This document shows positions 1 to 13,270 of a DNA stretch of 64,000 nucleotides, piece by piece. Origin of the DNA: Selaginella moellendorffii (lineage: Eukaryota; Plantae; Lycopodiophyta); contig NW_003314279.1 in NCBI RefSeq assembly GCF_000143415.4, positions 1,811,679-1,875,678 on the forward strand. The letters are read 5' to 3'. The notes beneath the pieces were generated by a model, which saw nothing but the letters and a program-made list of their open reading frames with translations, was not told where the DNA came from and ran no database searches. A program made the translations under genes and the position numbers. Position 1 is the stretch's first letter, and each line of letters opens with the position of its first letter.

Positions 1-459
1 TATGCAGAAGCAATGGCACAAGATCATATACAACAAGAGCCTACAGTTAGAGAGCATAATACTATACAAACTCCTCCTTTGGTGGATGTGGATGCCGAGG
101 AAGACTAAGTTTAGTTTTTTTTTAGTCAAATTTTTTAGTGGTAATATAGAGTTTCTTCTTGGATTTAGGATATTTATTTTCTTATTAGACTTATATTATT
201 TGGCTTTTTCTTGGACTGAAAATACATCTTAAGTTTTGAATATAATTGTTGGTTCATCCCGAACCAATCATTTAAACATCAACTTTTATATTTGGTGGAC
301 TATATTGACTTTCATTGACTTTCATTAACTTGAGCTCAGCTCATGAGATCAGCTCAAAAACTACCCAGCCCCCCTAGCCCCCCCCCCCACGAGGTGTCGT
401 ATGCTAAAGGATCCCCGAAGGCACGACCGAAATGATTAAAAGTTCATCAGATGGGATTA

Positions 460-722
460 AGTTTGAGATCAAGACCAACTGAGACCAAGTTCGAGACAGA
501 TTCCGGGATCAAGTCCGAGGCTGACTTTGAGACCGAGTTCAAGACTGAGTCAAAGACCAAGTTCGAGACTGAGTCCCAGATCTAAGATCGGGTCCAAGAC
601 CAAGTCCAAGGTCAAGTCCAAGATAAAGTCCGAGATCGGGTCTAAGATCGAGTCCGAGATTGAGTCCGAGACTGAGTTCGAGGTTGGGTCCAAGATTGAG
701 TCCGAGATCAAGTCTAAGACCA
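460..722. repeat. Degenerate 6/12-nt tandem array (GAGTCC/GAGATC/AAGACC-like units)
   Basis: Repeated gagtccgagat/caagacc units; they explain the low-complexity ORF 527..745. Confidence 0.75.
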
Positions 723-1589
723 CTAACACAAGTTATGAGTATTAATACAGGTCATGACCAATACTCCCGCTTGCATGCCTATCCTTGTTTTGTGTCTGGC
801 TTGGGTCTAAGCCCAAGTTTCATACCATACTAATTGGTGGAGTACCCATATCCTTGTGTTAGGCCACCGGTATGCTAAAATAACACCAAACTTTGTTTGG
901 CTCCGTTTTGCATACTAGTCCTGGCATTGGGATGTTGGAGGCTCTAAGACTATTCTAAGTCACTCCGTGCTCCTATCCCTTTACTCCTTAAGCTGTATGT
1001 TCAAATGTCATTTTGTGCTCCAATGCTATTGATCCTTGGATCTATGCTTGGGAGTTTAGCACTGTTCCTTCATTCAGTGGCCCAAGGCCCTGAAACTCAA
1101 GTTCTACACCACTGTCCTTTGGACATGTGGCATGTGGTGCGTGGCACATGGAGGGTTTAGGTTCTACTTCATGGTTATTCTATAGTAAATCATTATAAAA
1201 TAAAGGGTCAAAACCACACGTGCTACAATACTCTCCACACCTTCCACCCTCATGTGCCCTAACAATGTGGTTAGAGTAAAGTTCTATTAGACATCCAAGT
1301 AAATAGTGCCACCCACACTTAGATTGGGAGCATCGACCATTCGATCTCCCGAAGGAGCTAGAGCTAGCTCTTAAACACTTCACCAAGCTACCATGTTTGT
1401 TTGTCTATATTCACTCTAGCCTTGGACTCTTTAGTGGTTATATTATCACTCAACATGTGGGTATAACCTTTTTTGGTCACACTAGCCTTTTTTGGCTAAA
1501 CTAGCTCCACTAGAGTCTGTCCCTTATTATACTTTTGGAGCTCACAAAACCTCATAGGGTCTGGGAGACAATTGCTTTGGGCTTTCACC

Positions 1590-1960
1590 CTCGGACTTTG
1601 ACTCAGACTCAGACTCGGACTTGGCCTTGGACTTGAACTTAGACTTGGTCTCAAACTTAGTCTCGGTCTTGATCTCGGTCTCGGTCTCAATCTCTTTCTC
1701 GGCCTCAACCTTGGACTCCATCTTAGGTCTAACTTAGACTCGACCTGGGATTCCATCTCAGACTCCATCTCGAGTCCATCTCGGACTCTACCTTGGTTCC
1801 ATCTCAAGCTCCATCTTGGGTCCATCTCGAGCTCCATCTTGGGTCCATCTCAGGTTCATCTCGGGTCCATATTGGATTCCATCTCAGGTCCATATCAAAC
1901 TCCATCTCATACTCCATCTTGGACTCCATCTCGAGTACATTTTAGGCTCCATCTTGGAGT
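1590..1960. repeat. Degenerate tandem array (GACTC/GGACTC units grading into CCATCT(C) 12-mers); the first part is the reverse complement of the 460-722 array
   Basis: ctcggactc/ctcagactc and ccatctcg repeats seen directly. Confidence 0.75.
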
Positions 1961-1989
1961 CATTCTTGACATTTCCATGTATCATGACA

Positions 1990-2300
1990 CTTGCTATGTG
2001 TCAATCCTTCTTATGTCCTTTTTTAAAGGCTCATTCACTAATTGCTTTGTGCTCATTTCTTGAGCACTTTGCTCAGAGTTCCACTCTCACTCTCGACTTT
2101 CCATATCAAAGCCTTGGTCCAAACATGTTACACTTATTGAACTTTTAATTCAACCACTACCATATAGCATCTTTTCTACTCCACTTTAGGGCTTAGGGAT
2201 TTGTGTCTCACAACTCCACCTCCCATAAATGAAGCTTGATATCCCCATCAAACAATAAACCATTTTATAAAGTAACACTATCATGTATTACCCTTTTCAT
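1990..2300 (-). repeat. Old dispersed repeat, also present at about 46480-46770 in the opposite orientation
   Basis: Reverse complement aaatccctaagccctaaagtgg...gtggaactc...aaatgagcacaaag aligns by eye with 46562-46770, mostly with transition differences. Confidence 0.65.
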
Positions 2301-4599
2301 CCTTAGCACCAAGCCACTATTCGTCGATAGTTTGACACCAAAGGCTCATCATGCCTTGCCCATCCTCCAAAAAGTATAGTCTCTCCAACTTAAAGACTTA
2401 TTAAACCACTTATGGTGGTTGTCTCCCTTTATTTGGTTTAGTTCTTGCTAAACTTATTAAAAACACCTTCTCTATCTCAATTCAATTATTCATTTTCGAG
2501 TAGCCTCAACTTCTATCAACATAACTAATCATACTTTGAAACTTTTAATTTTGACTTCTCAAAACCAATTTCCTAAGTGTTTTTAACACCTTGCATTGCA
2601 TATGTTGTGTAAACTCTACTTCCCCATCCTATAAAGTTCTTTACTTAAGGGCACCATCATTCTCTCTTTTATTTCATGCCACTTTAGGCACTAAGTTTCA
2701 CTTATCCATAATTTGTGTTATCTATTATTTGGGTATCTTGTCACTCCTTTGAAGCTTTCACTTTTGCTAAATTAGAGCATTTAAAAATCCATCCTTGAAA
2801 ACATATTTCCTTTCCCACAATTCATTAGTATCTAATATATAAGTGTTTCTCATTTAACTTTACTGTTTAAATTCCTTCCAATGATTTTTATGGCTTATTC
2901 TTGGCCACAAGTCTTTTGCTCATATTTTTTAATCGTTATACCAAGCAATATAGAATCAATCTTTTCAATTCTATAGCAAAATCTTTACTTTGCCAAATCC
3001 AAAAGGTGTTCACCCCTAGTAAATCTTTTTAGCATTTTTGTTATAAGCTCTATTCATAACCTAACTTTATGACCTTCTTATAAGTCTTTTTTAAAAACTA
3101 CTTTCCTAAACTCACTATACTATTGCATTGACACCACTTATTTCCCTTAGATATTTAATCACCTTATCCAAGTCACACCATTACTAATAGTTCAAATCAA
3201 CACTTTGAACTAAAAATTTTATTCATTAACCAAACAAAGACCTTATCCTTGTTTAACCATAAGATCACCTAGTGATTTCATTTTGATACCTTAACAAATC
3301 TACCAATAAATACTAAGTCTTCCAGATCTTTAAGTTATTGACTATGACCCTAGGGGCATCCCCCACACTTGGCGGTATGCCCAAGCCAACCCTTCCGGCC
3401 AAGGGTCCATAGTAATTAAGATTAAGTGTCCCCATCTCATTTACCACATCTTTGGTGCCATTTGTACCAAAGTGTTCAAATTAGATATGCCGAGCATTCA
3501 CATTAAGTAATCTAACTATGCATCACGACTTCGAGGCTTAATGTTAATTCATTTTCCATATTTTACAATATATAGTTTGTCTAAAGGGCTCCTTTCTTAG
3601 TAGATGGGACCATATCGAGTGTTGCAAATTGGTTTCAATCAAGACTACTTACTCTTATATATAAGCTAGGATTTTTAAGTTAATTCATATGCACATTTTA
3701 TGTTCCATTTCCATATTCTATGTACTCATAAAATGAATTTTTTGAAATTACTAATTATTAATATTCATAATTATTTTAAATAATAGTAATTTACATTCCA
3801 ATAAATGTAGTTGATTATTTTTTCCTATATTAGTTTATGTCTTAAATGTTTTTTACTATTTTTAACAAATTAAAATAAAAATACATTTAACTTAAAAGTT
3901 GATGTGCACACAAAATGTGAGGGTTAAATAAAACAATAGAAATAAACATTTATTTAATTTTAATGATTAATTAATTTCATTCAGTTTCAAAAGTATGTAA
4001 TATAATTACTTTAAAAGTATAATGTCAAAATAAAATCAAGATATATTAAAATTAATTTTAGCAAACTTAATTCAATATTGGGATTTTCTTGGGAAAACTT
4101 TTTCACAAATTTGAGAAAAAATCCTCTAAGTTCTTGCTATATGAATAAGTGTTTTATTTGTTATACTTTCAAAAGAAATACCAAACATGATGTAGTTAAT
4201 ATATATATTTTAAATTAAGTTATAAATTAAACTTAAAATCACATATCCATAACAATTATGGTAGTTGTATTTCAGAGCTCAACACAATCATATAATTTGT
4301 ATATTTAACTAATAAAATTTTTATCTACTTTTAAAAGTAAAAATAAATAGATAAACAGATTTTTAAAAGGTAATTTAATGACTTAAAATGTTTTAACTCC
4401 ACATTTTTACTCAATTTTGGAATAAATAAAACACTTAGTGTAAACAACCTTGTTCAAAGATAATTATTAATCTTCAAGTGGTAATAAAAGTAGAAAAATG
4501 TTTATTCTCAATATATATTGTCACAAATATAACTTTAGAAAACTTTAGTTAACTAAAATCATCCTTTTATATTGATGTCCCCAAGCCTTGTTGCAACTT

Positions 4600-6170
4600 T
4601 TGAACTGGCCCCATTACCTTTAGATCCTTGGAATTCTCCGGCTCAGGTCAATGTGAGATCAACATCTGCATCCTCTTCCTGTACGATCTCTGTATCAGAG
4701 TTTTCTGGCGCAGTGTTCAGGGCAATAGTCTGTGAGGAGCTGTATTGCTTCTCCTTCCACTTCAATATCCAATCCTTGTTTTCGCATTCAAGACCAGACT
4801 CTCGACATCCTAGACAAAAGCAAGTAAGTTCTTTGGCACCTGGTCAGGTATGATAGCTGGCCCTGGGATCATAGCTAGTTTGTTGCGCCAAGAGAAGAAG
4901 GTTCTTGTTCCTTCAATTGTCTGCACGCCCGGTTCATCACGTATCCTTGGGATCCACATGCCACCAGTACCTCGGGAGGCCAAGGAAGTTGCTGACAGTT
5001 TTGTTGTTCCACAGTTGACGACATCGTAAGCACAATTCCATCTATCTTCAACTGCTCCTGACATAAAAGAAACTGAGCTTGTCCTATCGATGCTCGCCTT
5101 TGCCATGCCCTAGACCCCAGAAGTTGTGAAAAACCATCATCCCGGACTTAGCAGTATACATACTTCCAAGAAGAACTTGTTGCAAAACTGGCTTGAAGGC
5201 TCATCACTTCACCAATAGTGTGTATTTTATGCTGTTGGAACCAAAGAATGACATCCAAGCAGTGGCTGGCAAAGTGTGTGTCGTGCTTGTGGTCGTCACT
5301 GCTACAAAAATGAGTCTCCTTGACAATAGCCTCTCTAGACACCGCGGCTTCATTGTTGTCGTCACAAAGGCCCGGGGAATGTACATAATGACCACAGAAA
5401 TAGTGCACTGTGGCCTTGCCCAATGCATTGTTTCAGGCTCATTTTGAGTCATGAAAGCGTAGTTCTTAGCATAGTCAAAAACGCTAAGAACACTGTCTTC
5501 GGAGAGCTCTACTATCATTTGCCGGAACTGTTTCTCCTGCCATCTTGCTATAAAAACATGTGAAATGTAACGTGCAAGCCTTGAGTTGAACACAAGCAGA
5601 ATTCACTCCCTGTATTGTTTCTTGCATCCAAGACCAGCTGGACGTTTGGACAGAATATTGCTGCAATTGCACTCGAACGGATGTCTCGTCCACCGGGCAA
5701 ATAGGTAGTCGTGCCAACCCACGCTACTCGCATAGGCCCATGTAACACCTGCGGTAGTGCAACGAGGACTCGGCTGGCGTCAGACGTCCAACATTAGCAG
5801 AGCAGCCATTCCTTGTGCACTGGCCACACGGGCATAAACAAAGTGTTCCATGGTCCTCCTTGCAAGAACTTCTTAGTCTCACCACACCACTGTGCATGAG
5901 GTCCATTTGAACGTGATGTTTGTAGCAACAAGTGGTGAATTCCTACAATGGTTTCACATAGCATGGTTTCAGCCGCAAAAATTACTGATGCTGACCTTGA
6001 TATTGTCATTGTCTTGGCAGAAATCAGCATAAAATTCGGCCTGCCGTTGGAACCTAGCCAGAATATCAACCTAAGTAGTAGAATTCGTGATTGGCCACGT
6101 CCATGAATTTCTTGCCCCATGGCTGAATTGGCTCGAGGACCAGCTTTATACTTCACAAAGCACATCACTC
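4600..6170 (-). mobile_element. Degenerate Sola2-like DDD transposase
   Basis: Motifs in order across frameshifts: YVKP..TTCCYKHHVQMDL, FDYAKNYAFMTQNEPETMHW..PQCT, SSDDHKHD, SDEPSSQFCNK, HNFWGLGHGKGEH. These match the DF.ENY..Q.E.QS.HW / SD...HD / SDG...Q.K / F...HGK...DG series. Confidence 0.7.
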
Positions 6171-6239
6171 CAATCCACAGCTCACCCGCTCATAAAGTAA
6201 GAGCTCAAACACTTGGCAAAATGCATGGTCAAGATTCAT

Positions 6240-7694
6240 AGTTGAAAGGAGAAGGAAGGAGGAGAATTGGAAGAGTTTCGCATGTGTCTAAGCAGTTCTA
6301 CCACAAGCCATGTCCCTAAGCAGTTCTGTATTCAATTTTCTTGCTCACTGGTAAATAGTCCGTGTGGTTTGCTTAGGAGACCTCTGCGCAGAGGGAAATA
6401 TCCTGCCGTCTCCAAGGAAGAATTTGTCCTTGAAGAAGAACATAAGGAAGAACATGTCTTGGTGTCTTTGCAGTAGAAGGGCATGGTTTCAATTGCCATT
6501 TTCTTTGCTTGCCCCGCAGTTCTTTGCCTTGGGTGGCACACACTTGTCCCTTGGAAGACACAAATATCCCTTTGCCTATGTACCTACTAAACAAGCTGGG
6601 GGAACTACACAGTAGCATCTCGCCTGCAAACGAGAATGGTTGATTTTACTCACAGTCTTCCTTCCACCGTTCACGATCAGTGTTCAGATGCATGCAATCT
6701 TCAAAGATCAACTGCACCAGACGCAAAAGGAAAAAGTTATAAGTACCTCCCACAAGATATCATATACTTGGTAGAGGATCATGTCGCATAGCTCAGGTGG
6801 AAAATCTCTGTGCTTGCTGGTTATAACTTGCTCGTCCTGGGATGTCGGACCCAAAAACTGTCCCTTCCAAGCTCTCAGTGTTCTCACCGAGAAACGGGAC
6901 ATGCCGGATTCCTTCCACTGTGCATTCTCGCACAGTATCACAAAGTTGCTGCTGAATTCCTCGCCAAAGACAGTGGCAACGGCGTGGAGGAGCCGATCCC
7001 GTTCCTTGCTGGATTCCGCTCCTAGAGACTGGGCGTGCTCCACAATCGACTTCTTGGTCGTGGAGCAAAGTTCCAGGAGCATGGCATGGTCGCTCTGTCC
7101 TTTCCTTGTCAGCATCCAGCCATACAGAAGCTGGCCAACCAACACGCTTGCATCCACTGTGATAAAACCAGCACCGTGAGAATTGCGGTGGGATGACGAG
7201 TGCACAGAAATCCAGTGGTTGAGACGCTCGCAAATGCTTGCGTCCCATGATTCGTGTTCTCCAGCAGCCATGAGCTCCTGGACAAAAAAAAAAAACAAGC
7301 GAGACTTTTCGATTAGAAACAGCACCATCGTTTTCGTTTGGACAACTTACCTCCAATATCTGCGGAACACCAAAGCTGACGTCCACAGACTTCCACTCTA
7401 TCCGCGGGAGTTCATGGAAAAGATCGTTGCACCACTTGATCCACTTCAAACTAAGCGGCACGAGGCTACTAGCGTAAGTGTGTAGAAGCAAGAGCATAGC
7501 TTGTCATGCTGCCCGCCATCGCCGGCTATGGCTTGAGCTTTCAAAGCGTCAAGCCACTCGATGATGCTTTGGAGCTGAAGCAGCAGCCAGGTGAAAAAGA
7601 GGCTACTCACTGGGTCGCTCACGTTGAACAGAGAAGCGACGTTTATAAGGCACGTAGATGTGGGGGTGGAGGGAATCCGTTTTGCGATGCTCAC
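6240..7694 (-). pseudogene. Multi-exon gene of unknown function upstream of the Sola-like transposase (disrupted)
   Basis: Long ORFs 6708..7328 and 7446..7694 with GT-AG-flanked gaps. Frameshifts differ between this copy and the duplicate at 59197-60044. Confidence 0.4.
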
Positions 7695-10600
7695 AACATA
7701 TAAAAAGAGTGAAAAAAAAAGAGTTAATCTTGAAAGTTAGCACAGGAAAAAGGGAAGAAATGCATACTTCCAACTTCTGATGCCATTAATTCACTGGCTT
7801 GGAAAGTCGATTGATCGAGCTGCAAGGGAGAGTTAGAATCTGCTTCCAGGAAAAGGAAAAAATAGAAAGGAGAAAAGCTCACCTCAGCAAGCCTGGTTAC
7901 AGTGGAGGAGCAAAGAAGGGTGGAGAAGAGCAATCGCGATTCTGGGCGCGATTGCTGCCGCCAACTACAATCTTGTCGCTGGCGCCTGAAGTAGTCAGTG
8001 GCGATGAAGAGGAGAAAGAAGGCGTCTGGCACAGGAGCGCTAAGAACACGAGCAATGGCCACGCTCCAGTGGAACCTTCCACTTGAGCTCAGACACAGTA
8101 CACGAGACTGTCCCGTCGGGCATGACATCGAAAAACCACGCCCCCGCCGGGCGATCCATCTCGAGCCCAAACCGATCGAACGCTTAGCAATGACGTGAGG
8201 TTTTCTTATGGTGACATGAGCTATTGCTAGTGTAACGATGATAAACGGAGTCCATGGCAGGAGTTTGTGTTTGCAATGAGTTATGATGCCAGTCATGCTC
8301 CAGGCCGCCTCTTACTGTCTCTCTCTTCCAATCTTTACTCTTTCTAAGTCCTGCAGCATTGAGATGCTTTGGCTGGATGGTCGGTATGCTCTAGATAACA
8401 CTTTATTCTTAGAGCTTCATGATGCGGATTCAGTGAGCGTTTGCATGATGTTAAACTTTCTTTGTAGATACTGCCTATCATTTGTGCATTCGAGGTTGAG
8501 CCAGGAATCACTAATGGAATGATACGGTTTTTCTCAATAATTTTTGGACTGACGGACTGGCCTTTTGTGCGGGCTTGATCAGGCTTGGACAACTTTAACT
8601 CAAAGTGCAAGTATACTTCAGATGTTTAGTTCTCCTTGGCTCGCGAGTAAAGTTACACAATTTTTTTTATATATCCCAACACGCTCAGCCTGGAGTGGCA
8701 GGTGACCATGCAGTAGTGAGAGATGTGATTTGGTGACGATTGCGAGAGACGTGATTTAGTGAGGATTAGAGAATGGAGATCACCTCGTGATTTGTCTATC
8801 TGGAGGGTAGTTATGGAGCTTTGATATAATTGAGATTCTATTTAAAATGGATTTAACTGAACCCTTAAAAATGCCATGTCATTAATATAATTTTTGCCAA
8901 CTTATTTTATTGAATTATTCAGGCATCGGGGGGACACCATATTCCCCCCTTCCCCCCAATTTCACTGCCATGTCACTAATGGGGTGCATGGAATAAGGGG
9001 TTAAAAATTTCCACCCTCGAAAAACTTCCCCTAGGGGGATGTATAGAACCCCACCCTTAGGTTTACTTTTGGGATGGTAGCTACTTTGGTATGTGGTGTC
9101 CAATGTAAGTATCCATGTCAAAGGCATACTTGAAAACTAACTCATGATTTCCATGCATCCCCTTAATTTATGAAAACTTTGTCATTAATTTTCTTCTTCT
9201 TCTGCTTACTAATTTTTCTATTGTGACAACATAAGCTTAGCAACAGTAAAAGTTCAAGCATTAGGAGTTTATTTCTCATCTGTTCAAAATACTTTATAGC
9301 AAGCTCTTTTATCCCTATTATCAAACTTTTTTTTTCTCTGAATCCATAATAGCAACTCACATTTAAATGTGCAATTATGTTTTGAATCGCAGACCTTTGT
9401 TCAAAAAACTTCCATATAAAAAATTCAATTAAAAATTATGGATTATCAAAATGAAATTCATGAAACTTTATTCAATTTAGAATTGCATGATAAATTTTTT
9501 TCTAAAATCATTTATAAAATATTGCATTTATTAATCAAGCTCGAGAATAGGCCTAAGCTCAAAGGTGAGCCCCAAACTCGAACTAAAGAACCTAGACCCA
9601 ATAGATGCATGCTCTTTGTGTTCACCACATACCAAAATACCAAAATGAGGAAATGAATTGAATCATTGGATTAGCCAATTAAGCACTTGGCATCAACCAC
9701 TTGGACATCCAAGGCTTCTATTAGAGCCTCTTGATCCATATGCAAATTGAGCAACTCAGTAAAAGAGAGGAGAGATTAAAAAAAAAAAAAAGTCAATACC
9801 TGAGTGTTCCATGAGCTCCATGAGTAGGATGTTTGGATCATTGCCTATGATCTAAACAAACTAATTATTCTTGCAAGCAAAAAAAAGAAGACAAAAATAA
9901 AACTCATAGAATCAGTGCTTTATGGTTTGCTTGCAAACCAGATAGTCTTGCAAAAGAAAAAGACAAAAAAAAAAACTAGTCTGGACATCCAAAAACTCTT
10001 CAACATATCAATCAAGCTTGTCTCCATAAAATCATCTTTGTTCCTCATCGTCAACCCTGAATCAATCACATTGCCACACACCTAATTGCAGAGATGAAAC
10101 TATGAATTTCTAGAGTGATCTCCCATTATCCACATAGCTCAGCATCAAGAAACGATGCTGTGCCAGGGCATGCAATTGATGGAAGAGGAGGGTGCCTCTC
10201 ATATTCGATCATTACACGCCTACTGTTTATCTACTATTCAAGTCAATCTACCCTAATGCAAACCATAATTTCTGTGTTTCTATACTGGAGAGCAGGACAG
10301 AAAGACATGTACACAAGACAAGAAGCACGAAGATTTGTGTTACAGCCCACGCATAGATTCCAGTCACAGGTGAATGGAAGAATGTTTTGCGAAATTCTAT
10401 TTATCTCTCTATTATGCTACTTTGATAGTCTTGATGTGCCCAATGTGGAGCAACTTTCCTCTTGTGCACTGACCCAGACAATGGCATCACAAACTAGAAC
10501 ACCAAACAAGCCTTTGACACGCTAAAGTTCCACCTGTTAGCTCTTTATACAAGTCAAGCTGACCTCCCACAAGACATTTGGGAGATGCTGAAGGCCCCAT

Positions 10601-11331
10601 GCCCCTTGATTCAGTTGGGAGCGCAAACATTTTGTATTGATTTTCAGATTTTGGGGTTTATTCTTTTAATTGGCTTCACCACCAAACACGAAGAATTGTT
10701 GCACAAGGAAGCAGAGAAATCGAATCCATCACATTGTTGATCTATGATAAGAAAAGTCCAATCGAAAGAAAATTTCCAAAAGATAACATTCATTAGTGGC
10801 TAATCAATTTTATTGCCTTTCACTTGACGGGGGCAAGACGTTCGCGTCGGTTGTTCATGAACTTCTTTGCGTGGGGTAAAAACTAAAAGCTCAAAAGTCC
10901 TTTTTACAGTAATTCTTACGGCCGGCCGTACTTCGGCCTGCCATTGGTTACCGCTTAATGGCTTCCGAATACAGCCGACTTTTGCTATTGCGTGGTCAAA
11001 TCTTGCTGGCCTGTTGATGGAAGCAGGGGACTACGAAAGAGCTCTTGCTTATTATCAGGTTGGAAAACGCAAAGTTTATGTTTTCTGAATTTTTATCCAT
11101 GCAGGAGGCTATTCGATTAAAGCCAAACTTTGCGGACGCTCATTTGAATCTTGGGAACGCCTTGAAAGTAAGTTGTGTGACTAGTAAGCGATCTAAAGAT
11201 TGTGGTTTTTTAGAATCTTGGTAAAGCTCAGGAGTCCTACTTGCGAGCCATTCAACTCCGGCCAGACTATGCAGTTGCGTACGGAACGCGCTACTTTCCA
11301 AGCTTTCTGAATGCGTCCTGGTCGAGCTTGA
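6852..11331 (+). repeat. Copy 1 of a direct segmental duplication of at least 4.5 kb
   Basis: Near-identical to 59197-64000 (visually over 90%) with several indels. Confidence 0.95.
10965..11285 (+). pseudogene. SEC: Fragment of O-GlcNAc transferase SECRET AGENT (TPR region, 3 exons with introns)
   Basis: IQPTFAIAWSNLAGLLMEAGDYERALAYYQ / EAIRLKPNFADAHLNLGNALK / LRAIQLRPDYAVAYG; no start codon and no catalytic domain. Confidence 0.8.
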
Positions 11332-11479
11332 GTGTGGAGTCAGACAGTGATCCCTGGCAATAGTGGTCTAACTGGCTGCGTTTCCTTGTTTTTGATCATG
11401 AAGATGCGCGGGCTGGAGGCCATCCTGGAAGCATTTAAAGGGCTTCCTTGAAGACATTGTGTTTGACCGAATTCCTAAA

Positions 11480-12045
11480 TGCTAGGCGGTGAAGGTTGTA
11501 GCTGCAAAAACGATTGTTCGGACACATGTGACTGTGTTCAGAAGACCCTCGCATCATTCAGGACGTTTGGCAAGTCTTGTTCAATGTGTTCGAATGTGGA
11601 CCATGGTGCAGCTGCTCATCGAAGTGCCGCAACAAGAGCTCTCAAAGGGGGATACAGAAAAAACTTGCGATTTTCAAGAGCTCTCAAAAAAAACTTGCGA
11701 TTTTCAGGACTGAGGGCAAAGGCGCGCAGAAGAAGCCATTCCCAGAGGCAGTTTCGTATGCAAATATGTGGTGAGGTGCTTGAAGACAAGGGCTCGCCTT
11801 CCACTTACAAGTTTGCAATTGGACCAGAACTTGTGATAGATGCGGAAAAGTACGGCAACGTGGCCAGGTTCGTCAACCATAGTTGTGATGGTGGCAACGT
11901 CCACATTGAGTGTGTGTAGGTTGAGGCACATAACAATGTTTGCCGCCAAAGATATTGCAGCCGGCGAAGAGTTGACATTTGACTACTCGGGTGGTGAGGG
12001 GCGATATATTTTTTATGGAGATTGTTGTTGCGGTTCTGGTGTCGA
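11480..12045 (+). pseudogene. Pre-SET/SET/post-SET histone methyltransferase fragment (SUVR3/SUV39-like)
   Basis: GCSC..C..C, ECGPWCSCSSKCRN, IDAEKYGNVARFVNHSCDGGN, FAAKDIAAGEELTFDY, CCCGS; frameshifts, deletions and an internal duplication of about 27 nt. Confidence 0.85.
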
Positions 12046-12594
12046 GTTGATCAAATGGATGAATCAAGCTGTAGACCTCTGTCTATATCTGTTTTGATGA
12101 TGACAATGGACTTGGGAACAAGTTACTACAAACGACATATGGAATGATAGTGATAATAGTTTGTGACCACACCACCTCATGCTATCATTGTACAGCCGGG
12201 CTGCGACGTAGGAACGCCACGGCAGACTTCTGGATGAAGGATAAGGAGGAACACTGAGTCTGACCTGCCAGCCACAATGCATACGTGCATCTCGTGCAGC
12301 TCAGAGCTAACCTGCCTGCCACAGAAGTATTGACTACATCTGCCACGTGGAATATTTCTAGAGGTCCAGCTAGATATTTATGTTTCATGTTAATTGAGGC
12401 AATCCTAAAGTCTTGAGACATTCAATATTATGTACCATAGAATGTTACACCCTCCCACGCGCTCCACAGGGTCTATGTAAATTTTCAGATTTTCATTGTT
12501 AATTAATGCATTAAGGCATTCTGGAGTTCTCCGTAAGTACGTGGCCACAAGAAGGATATATAAGAATGCACCAGCAAGTGAAAATCATAACACA

Positions 12595-13270
12595 ATGGTT
12601 TTCCGTCTCTCTTTCTACTTTGCTCTTGCTGTTCTTCTAGCCACTGTGGTGGATGCTTCGAATTCCATTTCTTTGACATCAGATGAGGATGTGGCCATCT
12701 GTAAGTCACTGTTTGCACGGTGGAAGCTGAATGAGAAGATAGGCTACCTGGTCGCAGACTCGTCTGGGAACAAGGCAACTGGGCTTGTGAAGCAGGCCGG
12801 GTCCCAACTTGCTCACACAACTGATGGTATTGTGTTTGATGGTGCAACATACATTTTCATGGGCACCACGCCCTCTGTCTCTGGGCAGACTGATTTTGCT
12901 GTTCATGCTTGGGTGAAGGTCCCACCCCGCATCAAGCAGGAACTGTGCGTCATCCAGCAACTCTCTGATCAAATCTATGGTGAGTGGTGGCTATGGATCC
13001 TCAATGGCAATCTATGGTTTACAGTGTACAATGGTGAATACCAGTTCAGCATTAAGGGAACAGTGCCAGTCATTGATGGAACTCACCATGTTGCTGCAGT
13101 CCGAAATGGTTGGGTCTATCTACGTTGATTCTAAACTTGATAAGTCACAGAACGGCTCCAAGATAGTCAACCTCAATTCCAACCTACCTGTCTCCCCCGT
13201 GACAACAAACGCTACTTTCATGGTGAACTCAAGGAGGTTCAGATCGTCAGTGCTGCTGTTGTGCCTGTGG
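12595..13270 (+). pseudogene. Secreted ConA-like/Laminin-G (LamG_3-type) domain protein, frameshifted
   Basis: TATATAA at 12557; signal peptide MVFRLSFYFALAVLLATVVDA; W.LNE..G..V.DSSGN, FDG, F.V.AWVK, HHVAAVR, IYVD motifs; frameshift near 13108. Confidence 0.7.

Noticed and set aside
527-2148. Ser/Arg/Pro/Glu-rich ORFs
   Set aside because: They are translations of tandem repeats.
3919-8866. GAGGGTT / AACCCTT as Sola terminal inverted repeats
   Set aside because: The match is too short and no convincing TSD was found.
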